Notes under the pieces: generated by a model
Told to the model about the DNA's origin: nothing
What the model saw: only the letters and a program-made list of their open reading frames with translations
Databases searched by the model: none
Part shown: one piece after another, positions 62,368 through 64,000 of the stretch
Layout: every line of letters begins with the position of its first letter
Numbering within the stretch: the first letter of the stretch is position 1
Position numbers and translations under genes: made by a program
Source: Blastocatellia bacterium
GTDB lineage: Bacteria > Acidobacteriota > Blastocatellia > UBA7656
Length of the DNA stretch: 64,000 nt
Direction: 5' to 3'
Assembly: GCA_036277095.1 (NCBI GenBank)
Contig: DASUNP010000096.1
Span: 46,655 to 110,654 of the forward strand

Positions 62368-62787
62368 ATGATGAACCAGGATGGTCTTGAAGCAACAAGT
62401 CGCGCCATCGCGCCCCACGTCAGGATGAAGATGCTCTTGCAGATGGCAGAAGCGTTAGAAGACGAGGCCGGGGGACTCTACCGCCGCGCCGAGGCTTTCG
62501 AGGAAGAGGAGTTCATGCTCAACCGTGAGATAGAGGAGCGCCAGACCGAAATCAGCCGCCTCCAACTCAAGCTCGAAGCGCTGCGCTCAACCCGCAACGC
62601 GCTACTCGAAAAGATCGAATCGCTCCGCTCTGAAGCAGAGACGATGCGCGAAGAGGTCTTTAACAACGAAGAAGTGATGGCCCTGGCCCTGGCAAGCGAC
62701 CGGGCGGCGGAAGGCTGGAACGGTCCAGCCCGCGACGACGATCGCCGCGATTCGGTCTTCTTCCAGCGGATGAGCCTTCAAGGCTAA
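62368..62787 (+). CDS. Coiled-coil protein, unknown function
   Basis: 139 aa, starting 16 nt after the GGDEF gene stop. EEEFMLNREIEERQTEISRLQLKLEALRSTRNALLEKIESLRSEAETMREE. Confidence 0.5.
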   Translation: MMNQDGLEATSRAIAPHVRMKMLLQMAEALEDEAGGLYRRAEAFEEEEFMLNREIEERQTEISRLQLKLEALRSTRNALLEKIESLRSEAETMREEVFNNEEVMALALASDRAAEGWNGPARDDDRRDSVFFQRMSLQG

Positions 62788-62935
62788 GGCTGGGCTTCAC
62801 CCAACCGGGGAATTCGCGCCCTGTGAGAAAAATGCTTTATAGCTGAAAGCTGACCGCCAATAGCTATTTTAGTATCACAAGGGCTCTGACGATAATCAAC
62901 TGACCCCCGTACCAGAGACGTAAGAGCGAGGTTGT

Positions 62936-63148
62936 ATGTTTTCATGGAATGGGATTGAGCGGCGCCGAACCGACGAGCGGCGCAAGCAGGAGCGTCGCCA
63001 CTCGATGCGCTACACGGCTGACACGCTGATAGTGATCGACGGCGTCACCTGGATCGATAACGAAGGGACGGACCGCCGCCGCAAAGTTCGCCGCCGTGAC
63101 GACCGCGAGCGCATCGCCAGAAGAATAATCGAGGGGCTGGCAGATTAA
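62936..63148 (+). CDS. Arg-rich 70-aa protein, unknown function
   Basis: MFSWNGIERRRTDERRKQERRHSMRYTADTLIVIDGVTWIDNEGTDRRRKVRRRDDRERIARRIIEGLAD. Weak GAGG RBS. A central hydrophobic beta-like segment is flanked by (E/D)RR runs. Confidence 0.4.
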   Translation: MFSWNGIERRRTDERRKQERRHSMRYTADTLIVIDGVTWIDNEGTDRRRKVRRRDDRERIARRIIEGLAD

Positions 63149-63382
63149 AGAGTCATTTATGTTTTAGTTGATCGTCCGTCACGGTCATAGCAAGAAACGG
63201 ATAGCCCTAATCCGCATCCGTATCCACACACTCCCGCATCACGGCCACTAAGCTCACACACTCATACTAAAATAGCCACAGATGTGTCTGCGGTGGCTTT
63301 CATAAACTGCGCTCACATTGACAACCGGCAACCAAAGTCAGAAACTGGCCTGAGAGCCATCTCATTTCGCGAGGAGGGACCG

Positions 63383-64000
63383 ATGAAGACATTACCCGTT
63401 TTGATCTCAATCACAACGGCGGTTGCCGTCTTAATGACTTCCGCAATCGCGCCGGAAGCGGATACGTTTCGCCCCGTCGTAAGAGGCAAGCGCGGCGTCG
63501 TCACCGCAGGCCACCCGCTGTCGGCGGAGGCGGGCCTGAGACTGCTTCAACAGGGCGGCAACGCTACGGACGCGGGCTGCGCCGCGATACTGGCCGCATC
63601 GGTCATAGAGTTCTCGCATTTCTCTTTCGGCGGCGAAGTGCCGATCATCATCAAAACCGGCAATGGCTCTCCCGCCGTCATCACCGGCCAGGGTCAAGCT
63701 CCGCGACTGGCAAACCGCAAGTTCTTCCTCGACCGCGCCGAGAAGCGCGAGCAGGCCGGTGAGTTTGTTTACAGAGGCGCTCCCGAATACGTCTCGATCT
63801 CTGCGGGCGGCGCACGTCCGGGCACTATCCCGTCGTCGGGCATACTGCCCGCCACCGTTCCCGCAGTGCTCGACGCCGTCGTCGTCGCGCTCGACCGGTT
63901 CGGGACAAAGACGCTGGCCGAAGTGATGCAGCCCGCCATAGAGCTTGCCGACGGTTTTCCTATCGATGAGCTGCGCGTGACCTACATCAAGAACACCCGG
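63383..64000 (+). CDS. Gamma-glutamyltransferase family protein, 3' end beyond window; absent from ORF track
   Basis: Own translation from ATG 63383 after GAGGAGG: MKTLPVLISITTAVAVLMTSAIA..RGKRGVVTAGHPLSAEAGLRLLQQGGNATDAGCAAILA, the typical GGT N-terminal block. Confidence 0.75.
   Translation, partial: MKTLPVLISITTAVAVLMTSAIAPEADTFRPVVRGKRGVVTAGHPLSAEAGLRLLQQGGNATDAGCAAILAASVIEFSHFSFGGEVPIIIKTGNGSPAVITGQGQAPRLANRKFFLDRAEKREQAGEFVYRGAPEYVSISAGGARPGTIPSSGILPATVPAVLDAVVVALDRFGTKTLAEVMQPAIELADGFPIDELRVTYIKNTR

Noticed and set aside
61182-62408. 408-aa minus-strand ORF
   Set aside because: Antisense to the GAF/GGDEF region of the 818-aa protein, and Arg/His-rich.
62936-63148. Calling the Arg-rich 70-aa ORF a PilZ-domain protein
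   Set aside because: Only an RRxxxR-like string is present. The second PilZ motif and the domain length are missing, so it is kept as a hypothetical protein with a speculative note.
1-64000. tRNA, rRNA, tmRNA, RNase P or riboswitch genes
   Set aside because: Scanning the intergenic regions by eye, I found no T-loop (GGTTCGAATCC-like) or anticodon-stem patterns and no recognisable riboswitch cores. A covariance-model scan is needed to be certain.
1-64000. Mobile genetic elements, prophage or genomic island
   Set aside because: No integrase, transposase, recombinase, phage structural or conjugation genes are present, and composition looks uniform by eye. Only the small PIN cassette hints at insertion.

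Overview
GC-rich bacterial chromosomal window. Its gene content (DUF1800/DUF1501 pair, CarboxypepD_reg fusions, many exported peptidases, ArnT-like glycosyltransferases) suggests Acidobacteriota, but this is a guess. It is densely coding: I support 52 CDS, two of them missing from the ORF track because they run off the window edges (amidase at 1..1157 minus, gamma-glutamyltransferase at 63383..64000 plus). I found no rRNA, tRNA, CRISPR array, transposase, integrase or phage genes. Recognisable content, in order:
- amidase with a Tat-signal GatC-like partner
- two convergent ArnT-like glycosyltransferases
- di-haem cytochrome c peroxidase
- HerA-like ATPase, hutI, and an ECF sigma/anti-sigma pair
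- a partial F-type ATP synthase operon (b', b, delta, alpha, gamma)
- an exported peptidase cluster (two M28, one S9 prolyl oligopeptidase) around a processive GT2
- a MarR/BON/HtrA/LEA-like envelope-stress locus
- glyQS, a CCA-adding enzyme, feoAB
- an Ogg2-type glycosylase, a PIN toxin-like cassette, a lytic transglycosylase
- an HD-GYP/GAF/GGDEF protein.
Three things deserve the most attention:
1. A two-gene module at 45427..51502. An exported double-propeller/Y_Y_Y sensor is joined through one TM helix to a STAND-like P-loop NTPase. The next gene fuses a paralogous NTPase to a Ser/Thr kinase.
2. A signal-peptide-bearing dikinase-like protein at 51679..53631 with the glucan-water-dikinase domain order (phosphohistidine domain before the ATP-grasp domain).
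3. At least 15 intergenic hairpin elements in about five sequence families. Most arms are tandem 7-8 nt units, and the elements fill almost every short co-directional intergenic gap. One sits inside the atp operon, and two carry a promoter-like AT-rich core.
All functional calls come from motifs read by eye. No searches were run.
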